64,000 bases of DNA from Patescibacteria group bacterium (GTDB lineage Bacteria > Patescibacteriota > Patescibacteriia > Patescibacteriales > UBA12465). Positions within the stretch are counted from its first letter, which is position 1, and each line of letters opens with the position of its first letter. The notes under the pieces were generated by a model. That model had not been told where the DNA came from. It did not search any database and was given only the letters and a program-made list of their open reading frames with translations. The translations under genes and the position numbers were made by a program. Positions 28,013-36,593 of the stretch are shown piece after piece. The DNA lies in NCBI GenBank assembly GCA_041661685.1, contig JBAZTY010000004.1:9359-73358 (forward strand), in the 5' to 3' direction.

Positions 28013-28807
28013 ATGATTACTAGCTTAGCTAATAAGACGATCAAAGACGCAGCCGCTTTGAAAAAATCTGGAGAGAGAAAGGAAAGCGGGTTGATTCTGA
28101 TTGACGGTTTAAGAGAAATAGAAATGGCACTGCGCGCGCAAGTCGAAATAATATCCCTGTTCTATTGCCCAGAATTAATACTTGATAAAATAGGGGTTCT
28201 CGATAAGATAAGCCTCGACAAGCGGATAGAAGTTTCGGAAATAATTTTAAAGAAGATCTGTTATAAAGAGAATCCTGAAGGTTTTCTGGCGATAGCAAAA
28301 CCGAAAGATAAAAAATTATCAGATCTGAAGCTCGGCGATGAAGCATTGATAGTCGTCTTAGAGAACGTCGAGAAGCCCGGGAACCTCGGAGGAATAATTA
28401 GGACGGCTTATGCGGCCGGAGTCGGAGCGATAATTCTCAATAGTAATCAGACCGATATTTACAACCCGAATGTTATCAGAGCTAGCGAAGGGCATGTCTT
28501 CACTCAGAATATCATCAGCTCTTCTGTCGCAGAGACTATTAAATGGTTGAAGCATAATAAGATTAAGAGTTTTGGCGCAGCGACAATCGGGGCTAAGATA
28601 TATACAGAGATAGATTTGAGCGGCCGAGCCGCGATTATTTTAGGCTCAGAAGCTGAAGGGCTGAGCACACAATGGCTCGAGGAAGCGGATCAGTTGATAA
28701 AGATTCCGATGAAAGCCGGTATCGATTCTCTAAATGTTTCAGTTTCTGCCGCCATTATAATCTATGAGGCTTTGCGGCAGAGGAAAGCGGCATTTGACAA
28801 TAAGTAA
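28013..28807 (+). CDS. TrmH/SpoU-family RNA 2'-O-methyltransferase (RlmB-like)
   Basis: SPOUT motifs LENVEKPGNLGGIIRTA, ILGSEAEGLS and IPMKAGIDSLNVSVSAAIIIYE. Confidence 0.85.
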   Translation: MITSLANKTIKDAAALKKSGERKESGLILIDGLREIEMALRAQVEIISLFYCPELILDKIGVLDKISLDKRIEVSEIILKKICYKENPEGFLAIAKPKDKKLSDLKLGDEALIVVLENVEKPGNLGGIIRTAYAAGVGAIILNSNQTDIYNPNVIRASEGHVFTQNIISSSVAETIKWLKHNKIKSFGAATIGAKIYTEIDLSGRAAIILGSEAEGLSTQWLEEADQLIKIPMKAGIDSLNVSVSAAIIIYEALRQRKAAFDNK

Positions 28808-28858
28808 TATTTTTATTAATATTAACCTAAATTATCTTCCAGGATAATTTATTTATTT

Positions 28859-28930
28859 GCGCCCGTAGTTCAGCGGATAGAACGGGAGCCTTCTAAGCTC
28901 TAGACGAGGGTTCGACTCCCCCCGGGCGTA
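28859..28930 (+). tRNA. tRNA-Arg, anticodon UCU
   Basis: 72-nt cloverleaf. Acceptor GCGCCCG/CGGGCGT, anticodon arm GGAGC-CTTCTAA-GCTCT, T loop TTCGACT. Confidence 0.85.
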
Positions 28931-28956
28931 CGTTTCAGAAAAAAAGAAACACACAT

Positions 28957-29028
28957 GGTGCCCATGGTGTAGTGGTAACACAGCAGGTTGTGGTCCTGTT
29001 ATTTCGGGTCCGATTCCCGATGGGCACC
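28957..29028 (+). tRNA. tRNA-His, anticodon GUG, with genome-encoded G-1
   Basis: G-1 plus acceptor GTGCCCA/TGGGCAC, discriminator C, anticodon arm GCAGG-TTGTGGT-CCTGT, T arm TCGGG-TCCGATT-CCCGA. Confidence 0.85.
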
Positions 29029-29119
29029 CAGATAAAGAATCGCTCTAAAGGCGATTTTTTGTTATACTAGGGACAAGGTGAATGATAGAGCCGGTGGGTA
29101 ATGCTATTAAAATATAAAT

Positions 29120-29248
29120 ATGAAAAGATTAGTCATGATATTAATTATTTTGATTTTAATATTTTTGTTATTACTATCAATGGGCCTGCTCTCTAGATAT
29201 AATCTTGGCCCAGAAGAAATACTTCTAAAATTATTTGGCTCGAGATAG
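29120..29248 (+). CDS. Possible 42-aa hydrophobic micro-protein (below ORF-track cutoff)
   Basis: Hand translation gives MKRLVMILIILILIFLLLLSMGLLSRYNLGPEEILLKLFGSR*, a single TM helix. It sits in an otherwise empty spacer between tRNA-His and the phosphorylase gene. No homology evidence. Confidence 0.3.
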   Translation: MKRLVMILIILILIFLLLLSMGLLSRYNLGPEEILLKLFGSR

Positions 29249-29284
29249 CATCAAAGGCCTTTTTTTGTATGGTATAATCTAATT

Positions 29285-30931
29285 ATGATAATAGATCATC
29301 AGCCCGAGCCTCTCGTTGCTTATATTAGCATGGAGATCGCTCTGGAAAACAAAATTAAAACTTATGCCGGCGGTCTTGGTGTCCTAGCTGGAGATATTTT
29401 GCGTTCCGCCGTCAGCTTAAAATTTCCCATGGTCGGAGTGACACTTTTTAATCGCGATGGTTATTTTAAGCAGTCTATCGGAAAAGATGGGGAACAGAAA
29501 GAACTTCCAGACAAATCTGATTTTTTGCTTTTAAAGAAGATGCCGCAGACCGTTATGGTTAATATTGGCAAGGAGAAAGTTCTGGTTGGCGCTTGGCGTT
29601 ATCGGATTAAAGACGAAAGCGGTTTTTGCGTTCCGGTTTATTTTTTAGATACGGACTTTCCGGAAAACACTAAAATTAACCGTGAGTTAAGCGGATCTCT
29701 ATACGGCGGCAACGAAGAGTATCGCTTGAAGCAGGAAATAATCTTGGGCCGCGGCGCTATCAAGATGTTGGAAGCTATCGGCCATCAGAAGATCGAAAAG
29801 ATTCATCTGAACGAAGGGCATGGCGCTTTAGCGGCCATAGAATTGTTTCTGAATTCTAAACAGAGAAAAGAAAAAGACAAACTTAAGGAGGTGAGAAATA
29901 AATGCGTCTTCACGACCCATACGCCGATACCGAAAGCGCAAGACATATTTTCTTTGCCGTATTTGCTAAGTTTCCAATCCGATTTTCCGGGGTATCTGCC
30001 TGACTTAGTAAAAGATAATGCGATCAATCTGACGAAGACCGGGCTTTATTTTTCAGGGTTTGCCAATGCGGTTTCGAAGGCGCACCAGCAGACGGCCAGA
30101 AACATATATAAGAATAACAATCTTCAGGCGATAACGAATGGAATTGATTCCTTATTTTGGACGGCGCCGGAATTCAAGATTCTTTATGATAAGAATATTC
30201 CAGGCTGGAGGGCGGATAATTCTTTATTAAAAAAAGCGGAGAGCTTATCACCGCTAGATATCTGGACAACGCATCAGCAAGCCAAGAAGCGTTTGATCGG
30301 GCAGCTTAATGAGAAATATAAAGCTGGTCTGGATAGCGATGTTTTCACTATTGCCTTCGCTCGCCGCTTCGCGACCTATAAGCGGCCAGAGTTTATTTTT
30401 AAAGATTTAGGTCGGCTATTAAAAATTAATCAGGAAAGACGGTTCCAGTTGATTTACGCTGGCAAGGCTCATCCTAGCGACATGGAAGGGCGGGAGATGA
30501 TTAAAAAAATAAATTTATTGGCTAAAGGATTGAATCAAAATATTAAGATATTTTTTTGGGAAGACTATGATCTTGGTAAGGCGCGTCTTTTGACAGCCGG
30601 AGCCGACCTCTGGCTTAATACCCCCTTGCCGCCGAACGAAGCATCGGGTACGAGCGGCATGAAGGCGGCGCATAATGGCGTTCCGCAGGCGAGCACTTTA
30701 GACGGTTGGTGGGGCGAGGGCTACAAGAAAAATAAAACTGGCTGGCTGATAAAGGAAAAGCAAGGCGGAGATATCTATGATTTATTAGAAAAGGAGATCC
30801 TGCCGCTCTATTATGATTTTCCGGAAAAATGGCGTCGGTTGATGATTTCCGTAATCAGCCGCAATGCCTCATACTTCAATGCGCAGAGAGTCTTGAAGGA
30901 ATATATAAAACGAGCCTATAAATTAAAATGA
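29285..30931 (+). CDS. Alpha-glucan phosphorylase family protein (GT35, short form)
   Basis: N-terminal YISMEIALENKIKTYAGGLGVLAGD and the pyridoxal-phosphate lysine region EASGTSGMKAAHNG. Confidence 0.88.
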   Translation: MIIDHQPEPLVAYISMEIALENKIKTYAGGLGVLAGDILRSAVSLKFPMVGVTLFNRDGYFKQSIGKDGEQKELPDKSDFLLLKKMPQTVMVNIGKEKVLVGAWRYRIKDESGFCVPVYFLDTDFPENTKINRELSGSLYGGNEEYRLKQEIILGRGAIKMLEAIGHQKIEKIHLNEGHGALAAIELFLNSKQRKEKDKLKEVRNKCVFTTHTPIPKAQDIFSLPYLLSFQSDFPGYLPDLVKDNAINLTKTGLYFSGFANAVSKAHQQTARNIYKNNNLQAITNGIDSLFWTAPEFKILYDKNIPGWRADNSLLKKAESLSPLDIWTTHQQAKKRLIGQLNEKYKAGLDSDVFTIAFARRFATYKRPEFIFKDLGRLLKINQERRFQLIYAGKAHPSDMEGREMIKKINLLAKGLNQNIKIFFWEDYDLGKARLLTAGADLWLNTPLPPNEASGTSGMKAAHNGVPQASTLDGWWGEGYKKNKTGWLIKEKQGGDIYDLLEKEILPLYYDFPEKWRRLMISVISRNASYFNAQRVLKEYIKRAYKLK

Positions 30932-30959
30932 AAAAGGACCAAAATTTGGTCCTTTTTTT
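30931..30959. terminator. Bidirectional terminator between the phosphorylase gene and the convergent histidine kinase gene
   Basis: AAAAAGGACCAAAATTTGGTCCTTTTTTT. Confidence 0.75.
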
Positions 30960-31725
30960 AATTCTTTTTTTCGACTCCTATCATTAGAGTCGCCCTGGTT
31001 CCTTCTCCGAGTTTGCTCTCAAAGGAGATTTTTCCTCCATGTCGCTCCGCCATTTCTTGGCAGAATTTGAGACCTAATCCCGTGCCTTTTTCATTGTGCG
31101 TGCCCGGAGTAGAATAATTTATTCCGAACATTTTTTTAAGGCTCTTCGGGGCGATTCCGACTCCTGTGTCAGTCACAGAAACTAGTAATGAGTTTCCATT
31201 TAAAAAATGTGACACGGAAATCTTTCCTTTCGGATTAGTGAACTTCAAGGAATTAGAGACAAGATTCCTGATGATTGTGCCGATGATATTAGCGTTGCCG
31301 TAAATAATCGTTCCTTCGGGCACTTTGTTAATAAGATCAATTTTTTTCTTTTTAGCCTCTATTTTCAGGACACCGGTAATTTCATCAATGATTTTCTTGA
31401 GATCGCAATCGGCCATAGCTATGGCAGATTGGCTGACTCGTGTCCGCGACCAACTTAATAGATTTTCTGCCAAGCTATAGACATTGATAGCTTGCTCATG
31501 CATTGTCTGCAGACACTCTTTTTGTTTGGCGGCTGGCAAATTGTAATCATCGGACGTCAATAATTCGGTGAGACCAATAAGAGAGTTAAAGGGGCCGATA
31601 AGGTCATGGGATAGGATAGAAAACATCTTATCCCTTTCCAGAATAGTCCTTTTAAGGGTTTTGTTTCCCGATTCCAATTTTTTAATCTTTCTTCTAAGCT
31701 TGTTCAATTCATCAGAAGTTTCCAT
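30958..31725 (-). CDS. Soluble histidine kinase (coiled coil plus HisKA plus HATPase_c), no sensor domain
   Basis: H-box FSILSHDLIGPFNSL, N-box LVSNSLKFT, G-boxes DTGVGI and GTGLGL. No TM segment, and no response regulator adjacent. Confidence 0.85.
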   Translation of the reverse strand: METSDELNKLRRKIKKLESGNKTLKRTILERDKMFSILSHDLIGPFNSLIGLTELLTSDDYNLPAAKQKECLQTMHEQAINVYSLAENLLSWSRTRVSQSAIAMADCDLKKIIDEITGVLKIEAKKKKIDLINKVPEGTIIYGNANIIGTIIRNLVSNSLKFTNPKGKISVSHFLNGNSLLVSVTDTGVGIAPKSLKKMFGINYSTPGTHNEKGTGLGLKFCQEMAERHGGKISFESKLGEGTRATLMIGVEKKN

Positions 31726-31860
31726 GGCTGATATTATTATTTTTTAAGGTGCTTTTATTGTTCCAGGAATATTAACAGGTTTTTACTAATTTAGCAATAG
31801 CCGATATTTCCGAATCAAGAGAAAAGAGTTATAATACCGATATAAATAATCTTTAAATCT

Positions 31861-32148
31861 ATGCCAAAAAAACAACAAGCCAAGTCTTCAAAGAAACAAA
31901 CAAAATCATCGGGCGCGGCCCACGACCAATTCAAGGTCTACGGCCATGAAGTCCTGAAGAAAGTGAAGGAGCTTATCAAAGAAGGCAATATCCGCCGCAT
32001 CATCATCAAGAACGAGAAGGGCAAAGTCATGGTAGAGATTCCGATGACTTTCGCGGTTGTCGGCACTGTCTTCGCACCGGTCCTAGCGGCCATCGGAGCC
32101 TTAGCGGCCGTCTTGAATAAATGCACTATCGAAGTGGAAAGAAAGTAA
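31861..32148 (+). CDS. DUF4342-like small protein
   Basis: EVLKKVKELIKEGNIRRIIIKNEKGKVMVEIPMT followed by a hydrophobic AVVGTVFAPVLAAIGALAAV segment. The pattern matches DUF4342 as I recall it. Confidence 0.65.
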   Translation: MPKKQQAKSSKKQTKSSGAAHDQFKVYGHEVLKKVKELIKEGNIRRIIIKNEKGKVMVEIPMTFAVVGTVFAPVLAAIGALAAVLNKCTIEVERK

Positions 32149-32175
32149 TTTTCAGCGAAGAATAATCATTACTAT

Positions 32176-33975
32176 ATGTGCGGTATCATCGGATACTTAG
32201 GGAATAGGCCGGCTAAGCCTATCCTGATTGAAGGTTTAAAAAAATTAGAATACCGGGGCTATGATAGCGCTGGTATTTGCATTTTAGAAAGCGACAGCTT
32301 TTCCGTCGATAAGAAGATCGGTCCGGTCGCGGGCTTAGCTAAGAGCATTGAAAAACTGGAAACTAAAGGATTTTTAGGAATAGCGCATACGCGCTGGGCG
32401 ACGCATGGCGCGCCGAGCGAAAAAAATGCTCACCCGCATTTTGATTGCCGCGAAGATATCGCGGTCGTTCATAACGGTATCATCGAAAATTATCAATCAT
32501 TGAAAAAAGTTCTGATTGCCGAGGGTCATAAGTTCCGCTCAGAAACCGATTCGGAGGTCTTGGCGCACTTAATCGAGAAATTTTATCAAGGCAATCTGGA
32601 AGAGGCGGTCGTCAAAGCGCTCAATCTCGTCGAAGGATCCTACGGCTTAGTGGCTCTCAGTCGGCGCGAGAATAAGTTGGTAGCCGCGCGCCAGAGCTCG
32701 CCGCTCATTGTTGGCATCGGCGATAAGGAAACTTTTGTCGCCTCTGATATTCCGGCCATACTCAAGCACACTAAGAAAGTAATTTACTTGAAAGATAAGG
32801 ATATCGCCATCATTACCGCCAAGGGCTGCAAGATTAAGAAACAAGATGGCCAAGCGGTCGATCGCGAAATTGAGGAGGTAAAGATGAATATCGCTCAAAT
32901 CGAGAAGGGCGGCTATAAGCATTTCATGCTCAAGGAAATCTTTGAGCAGCCGACGAGCTTATCTCAGGTTCTGAGCGGACGCATCAAGAATGGCCGGATA
33001 AAATTATCAATCACCGCCGACCTTAAGAAAATTAAAAGAATAATTATTGTCGCCTGTGGCACGAGCTGGCATTCGGCGCTGATCGGAAAATACCTGATTG
33101 AAGAGATTGCGCGTATTCCTGTTGAAGTCGATTATGCTTCAGAGTTCAGATATCGTCATCCGCTCGTCAGTTCAGGCGACCTACTTATCGCTATTTCTCA
33201 GTCCGGCGAGACGGCCGATACGCTAGCCGCCTTAAGAGAGGCTAAGAGCGCCGGTGCGCAGACACTAGGCATCGTCAATGTCGTCGGTTCGACCATGACG
33301 CGCGAAGTCGATTCGGGCATCTATCTGCATGCCGGTCCGGAAATCGGCGTCGCCAGCACTAAAGCTTTTACTTCTCAGGTAGTCGCGATAATCTTATTGG
33401 CTTTATATCTGAAACAAGAAGCTGGTAATAAACTAGAACCGAAAATATTGAACGATTTGAAGAATCTTCCGGAAACGATTAGAGAAGCTTTAAAAGTAGA
33501 AAGAGAGGTGAAGAAGATAGCTAAGAAATTTAAAGACAAGACAAATTTCTTATATTTAGGCCGCGGCGTTAATTTCCCGGTCGCGCTAGAGGGCGCTCTG
33601 AAGCTGAAAGAGATTTCTTATATCCATGCGGAAGGTTACCCGGCTGCAGAAATTAAGCACGGACCAATCGCGCTAGTTGATGATAAGATGCCGGTCGTCT
33701 TTATCGCGACGAAAAATGATCTGACGGAAAAGATAATCAGCAATATGCAAGAAATCAAGGCGCGCGGCGGCAAGATCATCGCTATCGTTGATCGCGATTA
33801 TGAAGATATCGAGCGCTTGGCCGATCATCTTTTGAAAGTCCCCGCCGCTAATCGCTTATTGGCGCCGATAGTGAATATTATTCCGCTTCAGCTTTTGTCC
33901 TATTATATTGCTAATGGCAAAGGCATAAACGTTGATAAGCCGCGCAACTTGGCCAAATCGGTGACAGTTGAATAA
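32176..33975 (+). CDS. glmS: Glutamine--fructose-6-phosphate aminotransferase
   Basis: N-terminal nucleophile MCGIIGY, two SIS domains (CGTSWHS, SQSGETADT) and a C-terminal ...LAKSVTVE. Confidence 0.95.
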   Translation: MCGIIGYLGNRPAKPILIEGLKKLEYRGYDSAGICILESDSFSVDKKIGPVAGLAKSIEKLETKGFLGIAHTRWATHGAPSEKNAHPHFDCREDIAVVHNGIIENYQSLKKVLIAEGHKFRSETDSEVLAHLIEKFYQGNLEEAVVKALNLVEGSYGLVALSRRENKLVAARQSSPLIVGIGDKETFVASDIPAILKHTKKVIYLKDKDIAIITAKGCKIKKQDGQAVDREIEEVKMNIAQIEKGGYKHFMLKEIFEQPTSLSQVLSGRIKNGRIKLSITADLKKIKRIIIVACGTSWHSALIGKYLIEEIARIPVEVDYASEFRYRHPLVSSGDLLIAISQSGETADTLAALREAKSAGAQTLGIVNVVGSTMTREVDSGIYLHAGPEIGVASTKAFTSQVVAIILLALYLKQEAGNKLEPKILNDLKNLPETIREALKVEREVKKIAKKFKDKTNFLYLGRGVNFPVALEGALKLKEISYIHAEGYPAAEIKHGPIALVDDKMPVVFIATKNDLTEKIISNMQEIKARGGKIIAIVDRDYEDIERLADHLLKVPAANRLLAPIVNIIPLQLLSYYIANGKGINVDKPRNLAKSVTVE

Positions 33976-34007
33976 AAAAGACTTCGGATTCCTCGAAGTC
34001 TTTTTTT
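33975..34007. terminator. Bidirectional terminator between glmS and the convergent phosphomutase gene
   Basis: AAAAAAGACTTCG-GATTCC-TCGAAGTCTTTTTTT. Confidence 0.8.
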
Positions 34008-34026
34008 ATGGCTTATTCTTTTTTAA

Positions 34027-35400
34027 TTATTGCATTAGCGCCAATATCTCATCGCGCCTTTTTTCCATCGTCGCTTGATCGACGGCTTCAAGATTAAGGC
34101 GGACTTTCGGTTCGGTATTAGAACCACGGACATTGAACCAGAAATCAGGGTACTCTATCGTTATTCCGTCCAAGTAACTTATCTGCCCCTCGGCATATTT
34201 AGCTGAGATATTATCAAAGACTGATTTCTTGTCGCCGACGACGCGGTTGATTTCGCCGGAATTAAAATATTTATTAAAGGGGGCGACATAAGCGGCTATG
34301 CCTTGCGGGGCGGATGAAACGAGCGTGAGAAGTTTCAGGACGATGACGCTCGGATATTCGAAACAGCCGGCTTCGCCGCGCAGATAGAAATGACCGGAAG
34401 ATTCTCCGGCAAAGAAAATATCCTCTTTGAGCATTTGCTCTTTGATTAAGGAATGTCCGACGCGAGTCATCACGGGAACGCCGCCGTTTTCTTTTATTAG
34501 GTCAATAGTGATGCGGCCGGGCCTGACGTCATAGCCGATTCTGGCTCCTGGTTTTATTTCCAAGAATAATTTAGCTAAGAGCCCGCGGATGATAGCCTGG
34601 TTGATTACTTGGCCTTCATTATCAATAAAGAACATACGGTCGCCATCGCCGTCGATCGCGATGCCTAAGTCTGCTTTTTTTGCTTTTACTTCGGCTTGCA
34701 GCTGAACGAGATTTTCTTCCTTAATCGGGTCAGCTTCATGCGCCGGGAAAGAGCCATCGAGAGAAAAATTCATCGGGATCAATTCGCAGGGAAGCTTGGC
34801 AAATAAAGCGTTGATATAGGTAGCGCCCATGCCATTAGCCGTGTCGACTACGACTTTAAGCGGTTTGATTTTTGAATTATCGGCAAAAGAAAGAGCATAA
34901 GCGATTTCATCCGTTAAAGCCCCGTCATTCTTGAGTATTTCTCCACGAGTCTCCGCTGGTAGAAAATGATTTTCTAAGACTTTGTCTTTCAGATAATCGA
35001 TTCCGGTTTCGCCGCTGATCGGTACGCCCTTCGCGCGCACTAATTTAAAGCCGTTCCATTCTTTCGGATTATGCGAAGCGGAAACGGTTATGCCGCCGTC
35101 ATAGCCGTAGTGGCCGACAGCGAAATACATCGTCGGAGTAGAGATCGTGCCTAGATCAACAACATCAGCGCCAGCTTCGGTAATTCCTCGGATTAGGCTG
35201 TCTTTTAATCCAGGCGAAGATAGCCGCATATCAGCAGCGACAGCAATCTTCAATTTTTTTCCTGGCGTATAGTCAGGGTCATTTTTTCTCAACTCTACGT
35301 AAGCTACGCCCAAGAGGCGGCCGAGCTCATTATCAAAATCCTGGCCGTAGATGCCGCGGATGTCGTAAGCCTTAAAGACTTCCGGATTTATTGGTAGCAT
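34027..35400 (-). CDS. Phosphomannomutase/phosphoglucomutase (alpha-D-phosphohexomutase family)
   Basis: N-terminal FKAYDIRG, active-site serine loop TVSASHNPKEWNGFK, metal loop DGDGDR and sugar loop GESSGH. Confidence 0.9.
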   Translation of the reverse strand: MLPINPEVFKAYDIRGIYGQDFDNELGRLLGVAYVELRKNDPDYTPGKKLKIAVAADMRLSSPGLKDSLIRGITEAGADVVDLGTISTPTMYFAVGHYGYDGGITVSASHNPKEWNGFKLVRAKGVPISGETGIDYLKDKVLENHFLPAETRGEILKNDGALTDEIAYALSFADNSKIKPLKVVVDTANGMGATYINALFAKLPCELIPMNFSLDGSFPAHEADPIKEENLVQLQAEVKAKKADLGIAIDGDGDRMFFIDNEGQVINQAIIRGLLAKLFLEIKPGARIGYDVRPGRITIDLIKENGGVPVMTRVGHSLIKEQMLKEDIFFAGESSGHFYLRGEAGCFEYPSVIVLKLLTLVSSAPQGIAAYVAPFNKYFNSGEINRVVGDKKSVFDNISAKYAEGQISYLDGITIEYPDFWFNVRGSNTEPKVRLNLEAVDQATMEKRRDEILALMQ

Positions 35401-36511
35401 AAAACCAAAGTCCGCCTAAGCCGAGCCAAGCGGCCATCAAGCCGAATACCCAGCCGGCAAAGGGGATAGAAAATAAGAGCCAAAGGATGATCACGCCCGG
35501 CACTAGAGACCAAGTCAGAGATAAATCCTCTTTCTTTAATATTTTTTTAATAAGTAAGTTTCCTAAGAATATAGCCGTCAGTACTTTAGCGACATAGGCC
35601 GCAATCAGCCAGAGAGCGGCTAAGATGAGCGCTAGCGGGATGCCGATGACTGTAATCATTAAGACCAGGACGATCGGGGGAAGAACGAAGAAGATTATTA
35701 CTCCCGGAATAAGAATGCGCGCCTTCTTTTCTTCAATCAAACCGATAATTTTTTGAATGCAGTTCTGGCAGATAGTCGTCATGACCAATCCGACGGCGAT
35801 AGCCGCGAAGATAGCGAAGAGGCGTCCCCAAACCCAGGGCCAGAAAAGATTATCAGTCTTTACTGCCGGAGTTTCCTGTTTAACATTGCCGGCGACGCTA
35901 GCATCGTTAGAAATATCAGCCGCCTGATCGGAAGTATAGTTGATATCGCCATTGATTATCGCTCCGGATGCGATTGTCAGCTTATTAGCCGCCTTGCCAG
36001 ATAATTTTAGATCGACATTCTTGCCGATTTTTCCGGTTATCAGGGCCTGTCCAGCATAGCCGCCGAGGCCGCCATCGATAGTTCCTCTGGAAAATAAGAT
36101 TGATCCGGCGACATAAGCATCCCAGCCTATTCGAGAGTCCGGCCCTAAGATGATATTAGCTCCGAAAGCATTAACATTGCGAGCGACCGGACCATTGATG
36201 GTGATATTGCTGCCGGCGACGCGGATATTGCCTCCGACCTCTCCGTTGACCGTGATATCTTGGCCGGCGGCGATGATATCTCCTTCGACTCGGCCGTTGA
36301 CGGTAATAGATTGAGCGACTGCAACCAGATCGCCGCTGATATTGCCATCGACAGTGATTGAGGTCCCGGCGGCATAGAGGTTGCCGCTGACAATTTCTTC
36401 TTTAGGAATCAGGATAGCCTCTCCGGTTTTGGTTCCGGCCGCCTTAAGAGCGGTCAAAGGCAGTAATAGCAAGGCAAGAAACAATAAAATTTTGGTAGTT
36501 TTCTTAATCAT
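35372..36511 (-). CDS. Signal-peptide protein with bactofilin-like beta-helix repeats and a C-terminal polytopic membrane domain
   Basis: Repeats of the form I(T/S)V(D/N)G.(I/V).GD(L/I) (ITVDGNISGDL, ITVNGRVEGDI, ITVNGEVGGNI, ITINGPVARNV). N-terminal signal-like helix. Four or five C-terminal TM helices. The 3' end overlaps the phosphomutase start by 29 nt. Confidence 0.7.
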   Translation of the reverse strand: MIKKTTKILLFLALLLLPLTALKAAGTKTGEAILIPKEEIVSGNLYAAGTSITVDGNISGDLVAVAQSITVNGRVEGDIIAAGQDITVNGEVGGNIRVAGSNITINGPVARNVNAFGANIILGPDSRIGWDAYVAGSILFSRGTIDGGLGGYAGQALITGKIGKNVDLKLSGKAANKLTIASGAIINGDINYTSDQAADISNDASVAGNVKQETPAVKTDNLFWPWVWGRLFAIFAAIAVGLVMTTICQNCIQKIIGLIEEKKARILIPGVIIFFVLPPIVLVLMITVIGIPLALILAALWLIAAYVAKVLTAIFLGNLLIKKILKKEDLSLTWSLVPGVIILWLLFSIPFAGWVFGLMAAWLGLGGLWFYATNKSGSL

Positions 36512-36593
36512 AGCGATATTGTTAAATTTTAAAAAATGTTATAGTATAAGATGTTCCACCCGTCTTAGAATAGTTCAATTATAGCCCAAATAT

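Noticed and set aside
32149-32175. Looked for a glmS ribozyme upstream of glmS
   Set aside because: Only 27 nt separate glmS from the preceding gene, and nothing resembling the ribozyme core is present.
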